Positions 1 to 9,814 are shown, counted from the first letter of the stretch. The stretch: 64,000 nt of DNA from Parcubacteria group bacterium (GCA_003104935.1 PQAE01000007.1:47221-111220); one strand, 5' to 3'. Numbers and translations: made by a program. Notes: generated by a model from the sequence alone, not told the origin.

Positions 1-1620
1 AAGAGATGCAAGTTGGTGTGCTCCATACCGCCGTTGTACCAATCCACCGGTAGCCAATACTTGGCTTTTTTAGGATCCACTAATTGCTTTTTATTTCTGG
101 GATCAGTATAGCGGATAAAATACCAATTTGATCCGCCCCAGTTGGGCATGACATCAGTCTCCCGCCTGGCCGGTCCGCCACAAACCGGGCACTTGGTATT
201 AATCCACTTATCCAGCTTAGCTAAAGGTGATTGACCGTCAGCCGTGGGCTTAAAATCTTTGATGTCGGGAAGTACAACCGGCAGATCTTTTTCCGGGACT
301 GCTTGCCAATTATCTTTTTCACAATAAACCATCGGTATCGGCTCGCCCCAATATCTTTGCCGGGAAAAAATCCAGTCGTGGAGTTTATAATTGACAGTTT
401 TTTTGCCAATTTTGTTCTTGGATAGCCAACCAGTAATTTCTTTCTGAAACTTCTTGACGCTGAAACCATTATATTTGTCCGAATTTATCATCTGGCCGCT
501 CTCGGTGTCCGTATAAGCTTCTTTTTTAATATCGCCGCCCGAGATTACAGGGACAATATTTAATTTGTATTTTTTAGCAAACTCCCAGTCCCGCTGGTCA
601 TGCGCCGGCACCGCCATAATCGCACCCGTACCATAGCTCATCATCACATAGTCGGCCACAAAAATGGGGATTTCTTTTTTATTAACAGGATTAATGGCCG
701 ATACTCCCTCTAATTTCAGGCCGCTTTTTTCTTTGCCTCGGTCAATATCGGATTTACCGCGAGCGGCACTGATATACTTTTTTATGGCAGACAAATTCTT
801 TATCTGTCCTTCTAGCCGATGAATTATCGGATGCTCCGGCGCCAATACCATAAAAGTCACGCCAAACAAAGTGTCCGGCCGGGTGGTAAACACTTTCAGT
901 TTTTGATCGCTGTTAGTAATGGCAAAATCAACTTCAACACCTTCACTGCGGCCGATCCAGTCAGTTTGTTGTTTTTTTATAGGTTCCAGGAAATCAATTC
1001 GCTTCAAACCATCAATCAATCTATCGGCATATTTGCTAATGCGTAGTAACCACTGTTCTTTTTCTTTTTTGACTATTGCTCCGCCGCAACGTTCGCAGAC
1101 TCCGCCCACTACTTCTTCATTGGCCAGACCGATCTGGCAGGACAGACACCAATTAATATTTTCCTTAGCTTTATAAGCTAAACCATTTTTCCAAAGCTGA
1201 ATAAAAATCCACTGCGTCCAATGGTAATAATCTTCGTCGGAAGTGGAAAAGAACCGCGACCAATCAAAACTATAGCCCAACATCTGTAATTGGCGGTTAA
1301 AATTAGCGATATTTCTTTTGGTCGCTACTTTGGGCGGTGTATTGGTCTTGATGGCGTAGTTTTCCGCCGGCAAACCAAAAGTATCCATACCGATGGGGTA
1401 TAAAACATTTTCTCCGGCCATGCGTCGCTGACGGCTGATGACATCCATAGCCGTGATCGGACGCAAATGTCCGACGTGCAGACCGTCGCCGGAAGGATAA
1501 GGAAATTCGATCAGACTATAAAACTTTTTTTTCTTAGAATTATCCAAAGCCAGCCAGGTCTGCTCTCTCTGCCAATACTGCTGCCACTTCTTTTCCGTTG
1601 CCTTAAAATTATATTTCATA
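1..1620 (-). CDS. leuS: leucyl-tRNA synthetase, N-terminal part; the gene runs off the window start
   Basis: Minus-strand translation from ATG (rc of cat at 1618-1620) reads MKYNFKATEKKWQQYWQ...FPYPSGDGLHVGHLRPITAMDV..., giving the class I HIGH motif and a LeuRS-type N-terminus. It is absent from the ORF track because there is no stop inside the window. Confidence 0.85.
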
Positions 1621-1653
1621 AAATATCTTCAAATATAAAGCAATTTTAACATT

Positions 1654-3144
1654 ATGGGTACTAAAAATCAACCGTGCACCGATACTGGTGCACGGTTGCC
1701 CCCGCGCAAGCGGGGGCCCAGCTTAAATAATGGCACTACAATTTTTTTGGAGATTATGTTATTATCACTAATACTTTTTAACCCCACTATTATTAACCTA
1801 TTTATCCAAAAAATTCTCAATAAATTAGCCATTTTTTTAGCCGATTCTTTGCTGTGGTTAAAAAATAAGCTGGGCTCCGGACTAAGAGGGTTTGGCCGAC
1901 TGCTGGCCGGCGCCGGTAAAGTTACTATCCTGCCGATAATTTTATTTTTGTATAAAAACATTTTGCTGACCAAAATCCGGTTGAAAAATTTTGACTGGCT
2001 AAAGTTACGCTATCTTACTTTTTTCAAAAAATATCTGCCCGGCCTGATCATCATCATGATCATCACTATCGCCACCTCACATAATATCCTAGCCAAAAAC
2101 TACACCGCGGAAGAATATGTCAACCGTACTTTATTACCGGCCATGATTCAAAGTAGCGATGAAGAACGCAGTACTATCGTAGAAGAAAAAGCTCCGGTCA
2201 CGGCGACCACCGGAATTATTAATTATCTGGATGAACAAGGTAGTCTCCAGGAAATAGTTATCTCCACCCCCTTCCAATCGGATGCCGGCTCCGGTTATGG
2301 GGATGTTACGGCCGATGCCTCCAGCCTGGTCTTAAACACTCCGGAAAACTCCGCGGAAACGTCCGGTGAAGACTTTGGCGACAGCGCCCCGGTCCGTAGC
2401 GAAAATATCAGCTACACTGTCCAGGCCGGCGATGTCTTGGGATCTATTGCCGAAAAATTTGACATCAGCGTTAATACTATCCTCTGGGCCAATGGCCTAA
2501 ACTGGAGTAGCACTATCAGGCCCGGACAAAAACTAGTCATCCTGCCGGGTTCGGGTATAAACTATGAAGTCAAAAAAGGAGATGTCCTCTCCAGCGTGGC
2601 TAAAAAATATCAGGCGGACGTGGAAAAAATAATCCCTGCTAATAACCTGGCCAACGCTTCCAATATTAATGCCGGAGATCTCATCTTTATCCCCGACGGC
2701 GTCAAACCGACCGCCGTGGTTTCCTCTTATAAACCGGCTAAAACCGAAACTATTCCGTCGGTGGTTAGTAAACCAATGGATTTGGGAACCAAATTTTTAT
2801 GGCCGGCCGTCAGCACCCGTATCACCCAATATTTTAGCTGGCGCCATACCGGAGTTGATATCGGTGATAAAACCGGCAATCCGATCTATGCGGCGGAAGA
2901 CGGCAAGGTAACCCGAGCCGGCTGGTCACGGGGCTATGGCAATAACGTTATCATCAATCACGGCAACGGCGTAGAAACTCTCTATGGTCATGCCAGTAAA
3001 TTGCTGGTTGAAGAAGGAGAAACCGTGTCCCGTGGCCAGTTGATCGCCTTGATCGGCTCCACCGGCTGGTCTACCGGACCGCACTTGCACTTTGAGGTGC
3101 GAGTAAATGGCGTCCGGCAAAATGGATTGAACTATATTAAATAA
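1654..3144 (+). CDS. LysM-repeat / M23 family metallopeptidase (cell-wall hydrolase); the true start is probably internal, near 1755
   Basis: Three LysM-like segments (YTVQAGDVLGSIAEKF, YEVKKGDVLSSVAKKY, NINAGDLIFIP) and a C-terminal M23 motif (HTGVDIG...GYGNNVIINHGNG...GSTGWSTGPHLHFEV). The first ~30 codons overlap two GC hairpins and are unlikely to be translated. Confidence 0.8.
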   Translation: MGTKNQPCTDTGARLPPRKRGPSLNNGTTIFLEIMLLSLILFNPTIINLFIQKILNKLAIFLADSLLWLKNKLGSGLRGFGRLLAGAGKVTILPIILFLYKNILLTKIRLKNFDWLKLRYLTFFKKYLPGLIIIMIITIATSHNILAKNYTAEEYVNRTLLPAMIQSSDEERSTIVEEKAPVTATTGIINYLDEQGSLQEIVISTPFQSDAGSGYGDVTADASSLVLNTPENSAETSGEDFGDSAPVRSENISYTVQAGDVLGSIAEKFDISVNTILWANGLNWSSTIRPGQKLVILPGSGINYEVKKGDVLSSVAKKYQADVEKIIPANNLANASNINAGDLIFIPDGVKPTAVVSSYKPAKTETIPSVVSKPMDLGTKFLWPAVSTRITQYFSWRHTGVDIGDKTGNPIYAAEDGKVTRAGWSRGYGNNVIINHGNGVETLYGHASKLLVEEGETVSRGQLIALIGSTGWSTGPHLHFEVRVNGVRQNGLNYIK

Positions 3145-3157
3145 ATCAGGCACCGGG

Positions 3158-3183
3158 CCCGCTAATCCAGCGGGCTTTTTATA
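3158..3183. terminator. bidirectional rho-independent terminator between the M23 peptidase gene and the recombinase gene
   Basis: GCCCGCTAATCCAGCGGGC hairpin followed by TTTTTA; the A-run on the other side serves the convergent minus-strand gene. Confidence 0.5.
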
Positions 3184-4073
3184 TTACGCAAATACGAATG
3201 CGCTACACTAGTATAGCCCTGGGTGGTGCGAATACTGCCGTGACCTAATAATTTCTGGATGTAGCGAATATCCAAGCCACTTTCCAATAAATGCGTGGCA
3301 AAGCTGTGCCGCAAACTGTGGCAAGTGGCCGCTGCGTTAATACCCGCTTTGGTCATGGCAGTAGTAAAAATTTTTTGGGCGGTGCGCTGACTGATGTGCG
3401 AACGATTGCCGGCACCCGGAAAAATATATTCCGAATAATCCGCTCTTTGTTTACTATACGCTTCCCACAGATCAAGACTCTGTAGGCTTAATAAAGTATA
3501 GCGATCCTTGTGTCCTTTGGCGTCCTTAACCAGTAATAATTTTTCGGCGGGTCGCAAATGATCCGGCTTTAATTTTACTACCTCGGAGACCCGCAAGCCC
3601 GATCCGTAAAGCAAGGACAAAAGCAGACGATGTTTAATATTGATCGGAACATTTATAATTCTTATAATCTGCTCGCGCGCTAAAATTGTCGGCAAAAATT
3701 TTTCCCGCCGCGGCCGGCGGACATGAGTGAAGAGACGGCGATGCAAAAAATCATCGTAGTAAAAACGCAAGGCAGAAATAACCAAATTTAAAGAAGTGTT
3801 GGAATACCCACGAGACTTGAGATATAAAAGATAATTTTTTATATCTTGAGCGTTCACTTCTTTGGCCGATTTAGAGACAAAATCCAAAAACCTCTGATTA
3901 TGCCCCAAATAAGCCTTGACAGTCCGATGTGAAAAACCTCTAATAATGAGCTCCTGAACTAAAAAAGCCAAGGGATGAGCCCGAGGCACTAACTCAACTG
4001 TCTTTTTAGCTAAATCTGGACTATTGGTTAAGTCCGACTGACCATTATAGTCAGCAAAAAAATCGCTTTTCAT
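3162..4073 (-). CDS. tyrosine site-specific recombinase, XerC/XerD-like, encoded divergently from the cassette array (candidate array recombinase)
   Basis: Catalytic residues present: RVSEV (Arg), KDAKGHKDRYTLL (Lys hairpin), HSLRHSFATHLL (HxxR), LGHGSIRTTQGYTSV (Tyr). The Lys-to-HxxR spacing is ~55 aa, so the IntI-specific insertion appears absent. Confidence 0.8.
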   Translation of the reverse strand: MKSDFFADYNGQSDLTNSPDLAKKTVELVPRAHPLAFLVQELIIRGFSHRTVKAYLGHNQRFLDFVSKSAKEVNAQDIKNYLLYLKSRGYSNTSLNLVISALRFYYDDFLHRRLFTHVRRPRREKFLPTILAREQIIRIINVPINIKHRLLLSLLYGSGLRVSEVVKLKPDHLRPAEKLLLVKDAKGHKDRYTLLSLQSLDLWEAYSKQRADYSEYIFPGAGNRSHISQRTAQKIFTTAMTKAGINAAATCHSLRHSFATHLLESGLDIRYIQKLLGHGSIRTTQGYTSVAHSYLRNIKSPLD

Positions 4074-4098
4074 ACTTTCTTCCGATTAATAATTATTG

Positions 4099-4127
4099 TT
4101 TACATTTTGGCTAATTAGAGCTATTAT
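4099..4127 (+). promoter_or_regulatory. sigma70-like promoter TTTACA-17-TATTAT facing the cassette array (Pc-like)
   Basis: TTTACA at 4099-4104, a 17-nt spacer, then TATTAT at 4122-4127, located between the recombinase start and the first cassette. Confidence 0.35.
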
Positions 4128-4187
4128 GTCAATAGGTTCGCAAAGCAACTGTTGTACGCCATAATAAAAAGCCCTAAATAAAATACT

Positions 4188-4871
4188 ATGGAAAACCCCG
4201 AAATAATGCCCGCTAATCAATTGACAAAGGCCGAAAGAGAGCGTCAAAATATCGAACAACAATCACGTTCAAGAATTTATGAAATTTTTGATAAATTTAA
4301 TACTGCAAATGAAAGAGTGGATGATATATTTAATAACTTAAAAAATATATTGACAAAAATGCCAAACTCTGAAGAAATAAAAAGTGAATTAGAGGCTCTA
4401 AGACAAATAGAAGAAAAAGGACATTTTTGTGAAAAAGCTTTCACTATTCTTGAACAAATAATTGAATGGCGGGAAAATAATTTACAAGAATTTGAGGAAA
4501 TTAGACGAAACGATTTTAATGAGCAGGGTGATTTTATTGAATTAAATAAAATGCTTTCTTACAATATTGACGGAGATTCTATTCATATTCATGTTCCGCC
4601 CAACGTATCAACATCAAACTCCGAAAAAATAAACTTAGTATATGATGGCCTAAAAAAACTGGCTCAAATAGTAGATCAAAATCCTGCTATAAAAACAATC
4701 GTTGGCACATCGTGGATAGTAGCTGAACATCCAGCATTAATGACTAAACTACATTTTACCTTGGAAGGTAAAATAGACGAGACAAGTAGAGCGGAACATT
4801 TTCCTGCTGAAAATAGAGAAATTGCTGTAGCTACGATGTCTAGAGATGAATTAATTAAACACTATTTATAA
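4188..4871 (+). CDS. hypothetical protein (cassette 1)
   Basis: 227-aa ORF flanked by a 23-bp inverted repeat GTTGTACGCCATAATAAAAAGCC (4151-4173) / GGCTTTTTATTACGGCGCACAAC (4884-4906). Confidence 0.55.
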   Translation: MENPEIMPANQLTKAERERQNIEQQSRSRIYEIFDKFNTANERVDDIFNNLKNILTKMPNSEEIKSELEALRQIEEKGHFCEKAFTILEQIIEWRENNLQEFEEIRRNDFNEQGDFIELNKMLSYNIDGDSIHIHVPPNVSTSNSEKINLVYDGLKKLAQIVDQNPAIKTIVGTSWIVAEHPALMTKLHFTLEGKIDETSRAEHFPAENREIAVATMSRDELIKHYL

Positions 4872-4970
4872 ATACTACAGTTTGGCTTTTTATTACGGCG
4901 CACAACACCGCGTATCTGGTTCGCGGACTAAATTATATTTTTATCTTAATAATAATTAAACATAAATTAT

Positions 4971-5231
4971 ATGAAACACAACATTTATTCTAGTGGCGGA
5001 GTTCAAAACATTGAATTTACTGATAATCAATCCGACAAATCCGTAGGCGTTGTTGATCCTGGCAGTTATACATTTACTACTGAACGTGAAGAAACTGTGC
5101 AATGTCTGACTGGATCATTAGAAATAAACAACAATCAGTGTTTACCTGGTCAAAAAGTTGTAATTCCAAAAGGAGAATCTTTTACTATTTCAGCAAAAGA
5201 AGCTTCAAGTTATTTGTGTTTATATAAATAA
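4971..5231 (+). CDS. ppnP: pyrimidine/purine nucleoside phosphorylase PpnP (DUF1255 cupin)
   Basis: 86 aa; ...GVVDPGSYTFTTEREETVQCLTGSLEI...SYLCLYK matches the PpnP/YaiE pattern (GEYTF...E.M.V..G.L...SYLCRY). Confidence 0.7.
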   Translation: MKHNIYSSGGVQNIEFTDNQSDKSVGVVDPGSYTFTTEREETVQCLTGSLEINNNQCLPGQKVVIPKGESFTISAKEASSYLCLYK

Positions 5232-5376
5232 AAATATAATTTAGTCCGCTCACTGAAATTCCTCGCCCATTAATAATTAATGGCCGCTCGGAACTTCAGA
5301 TACGCTGGCCTGTTATGTGAAATAAATAAATTCTTTTCTGCTATCGCAGAAAAATTATCCGTTCAATTTTTAATTT

Positions 5377-6519
5377 ATGTATCCAGAAAAATACAATCCG
5401 ACGCAAGAAGAAATTAACAAGGCTGAAAGCATAATGACAGACGAACAACGTCAAGCTTCTGAAATTCGGGCTGAAAATTACGAACAGGTGCAACCCCCGT
5501 GGAAAGATTTTACGGAAAAGATTGATGAAAATTTTGTCCGCAAAAGACCATCCCCTGAAGTTGTTAAAGCAATGAATCAGAGCCTAGAGGAATTGGGCCA
5601 GACATTTGAGGGGTCTGGTTTGAATTGGCACCTTGATGGAGCTTTAAATATATCCTTAATGAATGGCGCCGGCGAAAACCCTGAAAAATACATCGGCGAA
5701 CACAAGGATGTTGATATCTCCGTAGAGAAAGACGAACTTGAGGCATTAGAGGCGCAATTGCTTAAAAACGGTTATGGCTTATTTTTATCTCGCACAGGAG
5801 ATAAAATAAAAAATAAAATAATGAGGCGAGTTGGACATGGGGATTTCGCCGAATCAGATACAGAACATATGCTAATTGCCGCTATAGATGAAAACGGTAA
5901 AATCCGCCAAGATAAAGCCTTAAATTTTGTAGATATCCATATTATCCAAAGAGATGAGGCTGGGAAACCCTTGGGCGTATCAGGTACGCCCATCCCTGAA
6001 AAATGGGTTCAACCGCAGCCAATGGAATTTCATAGCAAACAAATAAATGTTTCACATCCTGGAAAAGTGCTTTATTTCAAGCTCCACCAAGATAGAAATT
6101 ATGATGTTACCGACGCGGAAAAATTAATTGAAACAGGTAAAATCATTGAAGAAGATATTGATGATATAGAAAAAGTATATAGGGATGAATTTAAAGCAAA
6201 TGTTGAGCGCGGTCGAAAAATTTTTGAGGGTTATACCAATCAACTCAAACCAGAAATGAGTGCGGACGAAATTTTTAATCTTATGCAAAGCCAGCCCGAA
6301 TTTCAAAAACGAGGAGATATGGCAGTGGGGTTAAAGAAATTAGCAGAAAAAATTGCAGAATCTGAAAATAAATCAGTTGATAATATATTATCTATTGCTA
6401 TCACCTTTTTTGGAATTGAAGAAAAGTATAATCAAAAGCGTCAAATATTAAACAGGATGAAACAAAGGGTAAAGGATATTAAAGAAATGGAACGAATTTG
6501 CGGAGAATTACAAAAATAA
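5377..6519 (+). CDS. hypothetical protein (cassette), possibly a nucleotidyltransferase fold
   Basis: 380-aa ORF; GSGLNWHLDGALNISLMNG...HKDVDISV resembles a GS-x(n)-D-x-D nucleotidyltransferase motif. This is a weak call. Confidence 0.45.
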   Translation: MYPEKYNPTQEEINKAESIMTDEQRQASEIRAENYEQVQPPWKDFTEKIDENFVRKRPSPEVVKAMNQSLEELGQTFEGSGLNWHLDGALNISLMNGAGENPEKYIGEHKDVDISVEKDELEALEAQLLKNGYGLFLSRTGDKIKNKIMRRVGHGDFAESDTEHMLIAAIDENGKIRQDKALNFVDIHIIQRDEAGKPLGVSGTPIPEKWVQPQPMEFHSKQINVSHPGKVLYFKLHQDRNYDVTDAEKLIETGKIIEEDIDDIEKVYRDEFKANVERGRKIFEGYTNQLKPEMSADEIFNLMQSQPEFQKRGDMAVGLKKLAEKIAESENKSVDNILSIAITFFGIEEKYNQKRQILNRMKQRVKDIKEMERICGELQK

Positions 6520-6622
6520 AATTTGCCTGAATAATGCCTGCTATCGCTCGCGAATTTATTTACATCAGCTAACACTGCGTATCTGGTTAATAGAATAAAT
6601 GATTTATTATTAATTTAAAAAT

Positions 6623-6979
6623 ATGGAAAAACTAATAGAATTAGCGCAGTCTCCATCAAGTCCTGGGATAGAGACCGTTGATAAAATGGTTATGAAATTA
6701 CATGTACCCTGTTCTGAAAAAAGTGTAACTGTGCAAATAAATCCATTTTTACAAGATTATGAAGAAAATGCAGACCAGCCAAATGTTCAAATAAGACAAA
6801 TGCAAATAACGAGTACTACATCAGATACAAAAACTCTTACTTTTGATTTTGAAAATAACTCTACTCATAACATAGATATAGATGGAGAAAATTATCAAAT
6901 AACCCTAATGAATATTGGAAAAGAAAAAACTCAAGATGGTGAATTTCCCGCTTTTGAATTTCTAGTCAAAAAAGATTAA
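6623..6979 (+). CDS. hypothetical protein (cassette; inside palindrome 6567-7106)
   Basis: 118-aa ORF between arm AGCTAACACTGCGTATCTGGTTAATAGAATAAATGAT and its complement, which is split at 6980-6999 / 7081-7106. Confidence 0.5.
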   Translation: MEKLIELAQSPSSPGIETVDKMVMKLHVPCSEKSVTVQINPFLQDYEENADQPNVQIRQMQITSTTSDTKTLTFDFENNSTHNIDIDGENYQITLMNIGKEKTQDGEFPAFEFLVKKD

Positions 6980-7125
6980 ATCATTTATTCTATTAACCCA
7001 AATCCCTCATTCCCCTTCGACTCGTTCCGGTGGTCACTTCGTGAAAGTTTACCACTTCCACTTGCTCAGGGTCATTCGGGACTTCAGATACGCTGACCTG
7101 TTAGGAGAAATTAAGTTTCAAAAAT

Positions 7126-7491
7126 ATGAATAAAAAATTTAAAAAAATGTTATTCCAAATGTATCGAAGCTTTCCTAATTCTTTTTGGTCAGACTCTGAA
7201 TTAAAAAAAATTGCTACCAAGGAAGCTATAGATGCTCTGGTCGAGGCTCATTATCTTTTTAAGATAAAAGTAGAATTTATTGAAAAAGGAAAGATCAAGG
7301 TGGACGGAGGCACATATATGAATACTGAAAACAAGGCTCTTCATAATCCCGGTTTTAAAGATTGTTACGGACTTGGACCAAACTCAATAAACATAATATA
7401 CGCTCATAGACTACAAATTCTTACTTATTGGATTATTGCACTGACAGTATTTACAACGGTTTTAACAATTTTCACAATTTTTGAAACTTAA
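7126..7491 (+). CDS. hypothetical protein (cassette), C-terminal transmembrane segment
   Basis: 121-aa ORF; hydrophobic C-terminus ILTYWIIALTVFTTVLTIFTIF; flanked by GTTAGGAGA / TCGCCCAAC. Confidence 0.5.
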   Translation: MNKKFKKMLFQMYRSFPNSFWSDSELKKIATKEAIDALVEAHYLFKIKVEFIEKGKIKVDGGTYMNTENKALHNPGFKDCYGLGPNSINIIYAHRLQILTYWIIALTVFTTVLTIFTIFET

Positions 7492-7547
7492 CATCGCCCA
7501 ACACCGGATATCCGAGGATCGAGCTAGAATAAAATTATTAAAAAAAT

Positions 7548-8090
7548 ATGAAAAAGATAATAAAATTTTTTAAAAAGCCATCCACTTTAGTAATAATCGT
7601 ACTTCTAGTTACTATATTCGTTTTATCTTTAAAAAACTCCGATTTAAAATATTCACGTCTTTACGAAGTGGAGACTATTCCTGATATAAATCTTACAAAT
7701 TCGTTATATAATTATTCTAATGATAATTATAGTGCGGGCTCTATTAGCGGATTTGTTGCATTTTATGATAAAGACAGCCAGCCAAAGGGATTAAAACAAT
7801 ATTATATTATTGGGCCATTAAATAAATTAGATGAAAATTTAAATCGAATATTTTCTCTTGAAGAAATAGTTAAAATGGATTATTTACCTCCAACAAGTAT
7901 CAATAAGTACGAGCTCAGAGAAACCAGCGAATCATATCAAATGTTGACACTAGAAGATGAAACTGGAAATATGTTTTTTATAAACAAAAATTCAGATGAA
8001 GTTACTATGAGGGATGTAGGTGGTGATAATACTAGATTAATTACCAACCAATCAGATTATAAAAATTTTATAATTAACCTTTTAAAATAA
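7548..8090 (+). CDS. hypothetical membrane-anchored protein (cassette; inside palindrome 7496-8212)
   Basis: 180-aa ORF with an N-terminal transmembrane helix LVIIVLLVTIFVLSL. Confidence 0.5.
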   Translation: MKKIIKFFKKPSTLVIIVLLVTIFVLSLKNSDLKYSRLYEVETIPDINLTNSLYNYSNDNYSAGSISGFVAFYDKDSQPKGLKQYYIIGPLNKLDENLNRIFSLEEIVKMDYLPPTSINKYELRETSESYQMLTLEDETGNMFFINKNSDEVTMRDVGGDNTRLITNQSDYKNFIINLLK

Positions 8091-8239
8091 TTTTATTCTT
8101 TACGCTCGCTCCTCTACATCCCTTCGCCTCCTAATATGATGTTGGCTTTTAAAAGCCAAATATTATATCATATTAGTAGGCTCGGGACGTCGGATATCCT
8201 GGCCTGTTAGGCGAAATTTACTCATCTTTTTATTAAAAT

Positions 8240-8752
8240 ATGCCAATTTACTTTTCAGTTGATCGTAATAAAACCTTACAAAAAGGAACAGAGATTGCTT
8301 TAATTCAGCACAATGATATTAGTCCAGTAGAGCTACAAAATTATATAAATACGCTGTTTCCAGATGGAGTAACGAATCACGGTGAAAGATATATGTTGCA
8401 ACCATGTCCGGCAAATCAAGTTAATTCCGTAATTGAACTGATTTTTGAATATGAAAGACGGAATAATTTCATAAGCTGCCCTTCTAGAATGCAATCTGTA
8501 TTTGCCTTTGATAATCTTGAATCAGCAAAAAAATTTCGCGAAATATACGGGAACAATCAAGGCGCTATAGTAAAAATTGACGCAATCTCTGCTTTCAAAG
8601 CTGATATGAATTTATTAACTTTAAAAGATTCATTATTACAACTGTCTTATAATGCTCATAAATATTGGAAAGGTGAAGCCTCTGATAGTCCATTTTGGGA
8701 ACATCTATTGATTCCGCCAGTTAAAGTAATTGATATAATAAAAGATGAGTAA
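8240..8752 (+). CDS. hypothetical protein (cassette)
   Basis: 170-aa ORF in the array, bounded by GTTAGGCGA (8206) and CTCGCCCAAC (8755-8764). Confidence 0.5.
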   Translation: MPIYFSVDRNKTLQKGTEIALIQHNDISPVELQNYINTLFPDGVTNHGERYMLQPCPANQVNSVIELIFEYERRNNFISCPSRMQSVFAFDNLESAKKFREIYGNNQGAIVKIDAISAFKADMNLLTLKDSLLQLSYNAHKYWKGEASDSPFWEHLLIPPVKVIDIIKDE

Positions 8753-8841
8753 ACCTCGCCCAACACCGGATATCCGAGGAGCGAGCTAGAATAAAATTAT
8801 TAAATAAAAGTAATATGCTTCATAAATAATAAATACAAAAT

Positions 8842-9066
8842 ATGGATATCAAAACAACACTTTACATTATAGAAAAAAGACGTGGTAATAATTACGCAAA
8901 AATGATTGATATGGTTGCGTTCGGACTAACGAATGGTGGTACAAAAACCGCTTTAATATTGGAAGAAACAGCTCAAGCCCTAGAAAAAGCCCAAACCAAC
9001 CCAACTAAAGAAAATTGGGAAAATTTAAAAAAATCACTTATTAATAATCCGCCAAGAGATATTTAA
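8842..9066 (+). CDS. hypothetical small protein (cassette; inside palindrome 8758-9192)
   Basis: 74-aa ORF; the flanking arms are near-identical to those around 7548-8090. Confidence 0.45.
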   Translation: MDIKTTLYIIEKRRGNNYAKMIDMVAFGLTNGGTKTALILEETAQALEKAQTNPTKENWENLKKSLINNPPRDI

Positions 9067-9209
9067 TACTTTTATTCCTTGACGCTCACTCCTCTACATC
9101 CCTTCGCCTCCTAATATGATGTTGGCTTTAAAAAGCCAAATATTATATCATATTAGTAGGCTCGGGACGTCGGATATCCTGAACCGTTAGCTGAAATATT
9201 TTAAATTTA

Positions 9210-9470
9210 GTGCCACAGATCATGTTTAATTATAAAGAAAAAATTGGAGAAGATTTAAAGAAAGAGGCGCGAGCCCTCGGCCTTAGTGAAGAAGGTTGGT
9301 ACGAACATAAAGGAACAGTTCGTGAAGTATTCAGAGAAGCCGCCGTTCAGACGCGAGTAAGAGAAGCAAAAAGAGCGCGTCGAGAAAATAGATTGTGGAT
9401 CTTCGCTGTAATCTCCGCTTTAAATGCTCTTTTTAGTGCTGCGGCCGCATGGCTCGCTGTGCTAAAATAA
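9210..9470 (+). CDS. hypothetical small protein (cassette)
   Basis: 86-aa ORF flanked by a 22-bp inverted repeat GTTAGCTGAAATATTTTAAATT / AATTTAAAATACATCGCCCAAC. Confidence 0.45.
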   Translation: MPQIMFNYKEKIGEDLKKEARALGLSEEGWYEHKGTVREVFREAAVQTRVREAKRARRENRLWIFAVISALNALFSAAAAWLAVLK

Positions 9471-9588
9471 AATTTAAAATACATCGCCCAACACCGCGTA
9501 TGCGCTTAGAGAAATACCCCTATTTGACAAGGTTTTTAATCTATGATAATGTGTGTAATACAAAGTATTACAATTAATATATAAATAT

Positions 9589-9804
9589 ATGCGACAAGTA
9601 ATAAATATCTCCCTGCCTGATACTATGGCTAAAACAGTTAAAAAAGCTGTTAAAACTGGTGACTATTCCTCTACCAGCGAATTTTTTCGTCATTTAATAA
9701 GAGACTGGCAAGAAAATAAGCTAATGACTGAATTAAGTGAGAGTAGATTAGAACTAGCTAGTGGAAAAGGAATGGTTTTAAAATCCTTAAAAGATTTGCG
9801 ATAA
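9589..9804 (+). CDS. ribbon-helix-helix antitoxin (ParD/CopG-like)
   Basis: 71 aa; 10 bp upstream of a RelE/ParE toxin gene; N-terminal RHH-like segment ISLPDTMAKTVKKAV. Confidence 0.6.
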   Translation: MRQVINISLPDTMAKTVKKAVKTGDYSSTSEFFRHLIRDWQENKLMTELSESRLELASGKGMVLKSLKDLR

Positions 9805-9814
9805 TCCATTTTCT

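Noticed and set aside
221-1649. ORF-track entries 221-469(-), 231-425(+), 819-1046(+), 919-1176(+), 1467-1649(+)
   Set aside because: All lie within or antisense to the leuS coding sequence, which occupies the minus strand from 1620 to the window edge. The one same-strand hit, 221-469(-), is in a different reading frame and reads as low-complexity sequence.
1654-1754. First ~33 codons of the 496-aa LysM/M23 ORF
   Set aside because: They overlap two GC hairpins in the leuS divergent promoter region and precede the predicted transmembrane helix; an internal start is more plausible.
4872-9588. Possible CRISPR array, given the regularly spaced repeated intergenic units
   Set aside because: The repeats are inverted and imperfect, not short direct repeats. 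The intervening sequences are 200-1100-bp protein-coding ORFs, not 30-40-bp spacers. No cas genes are present.
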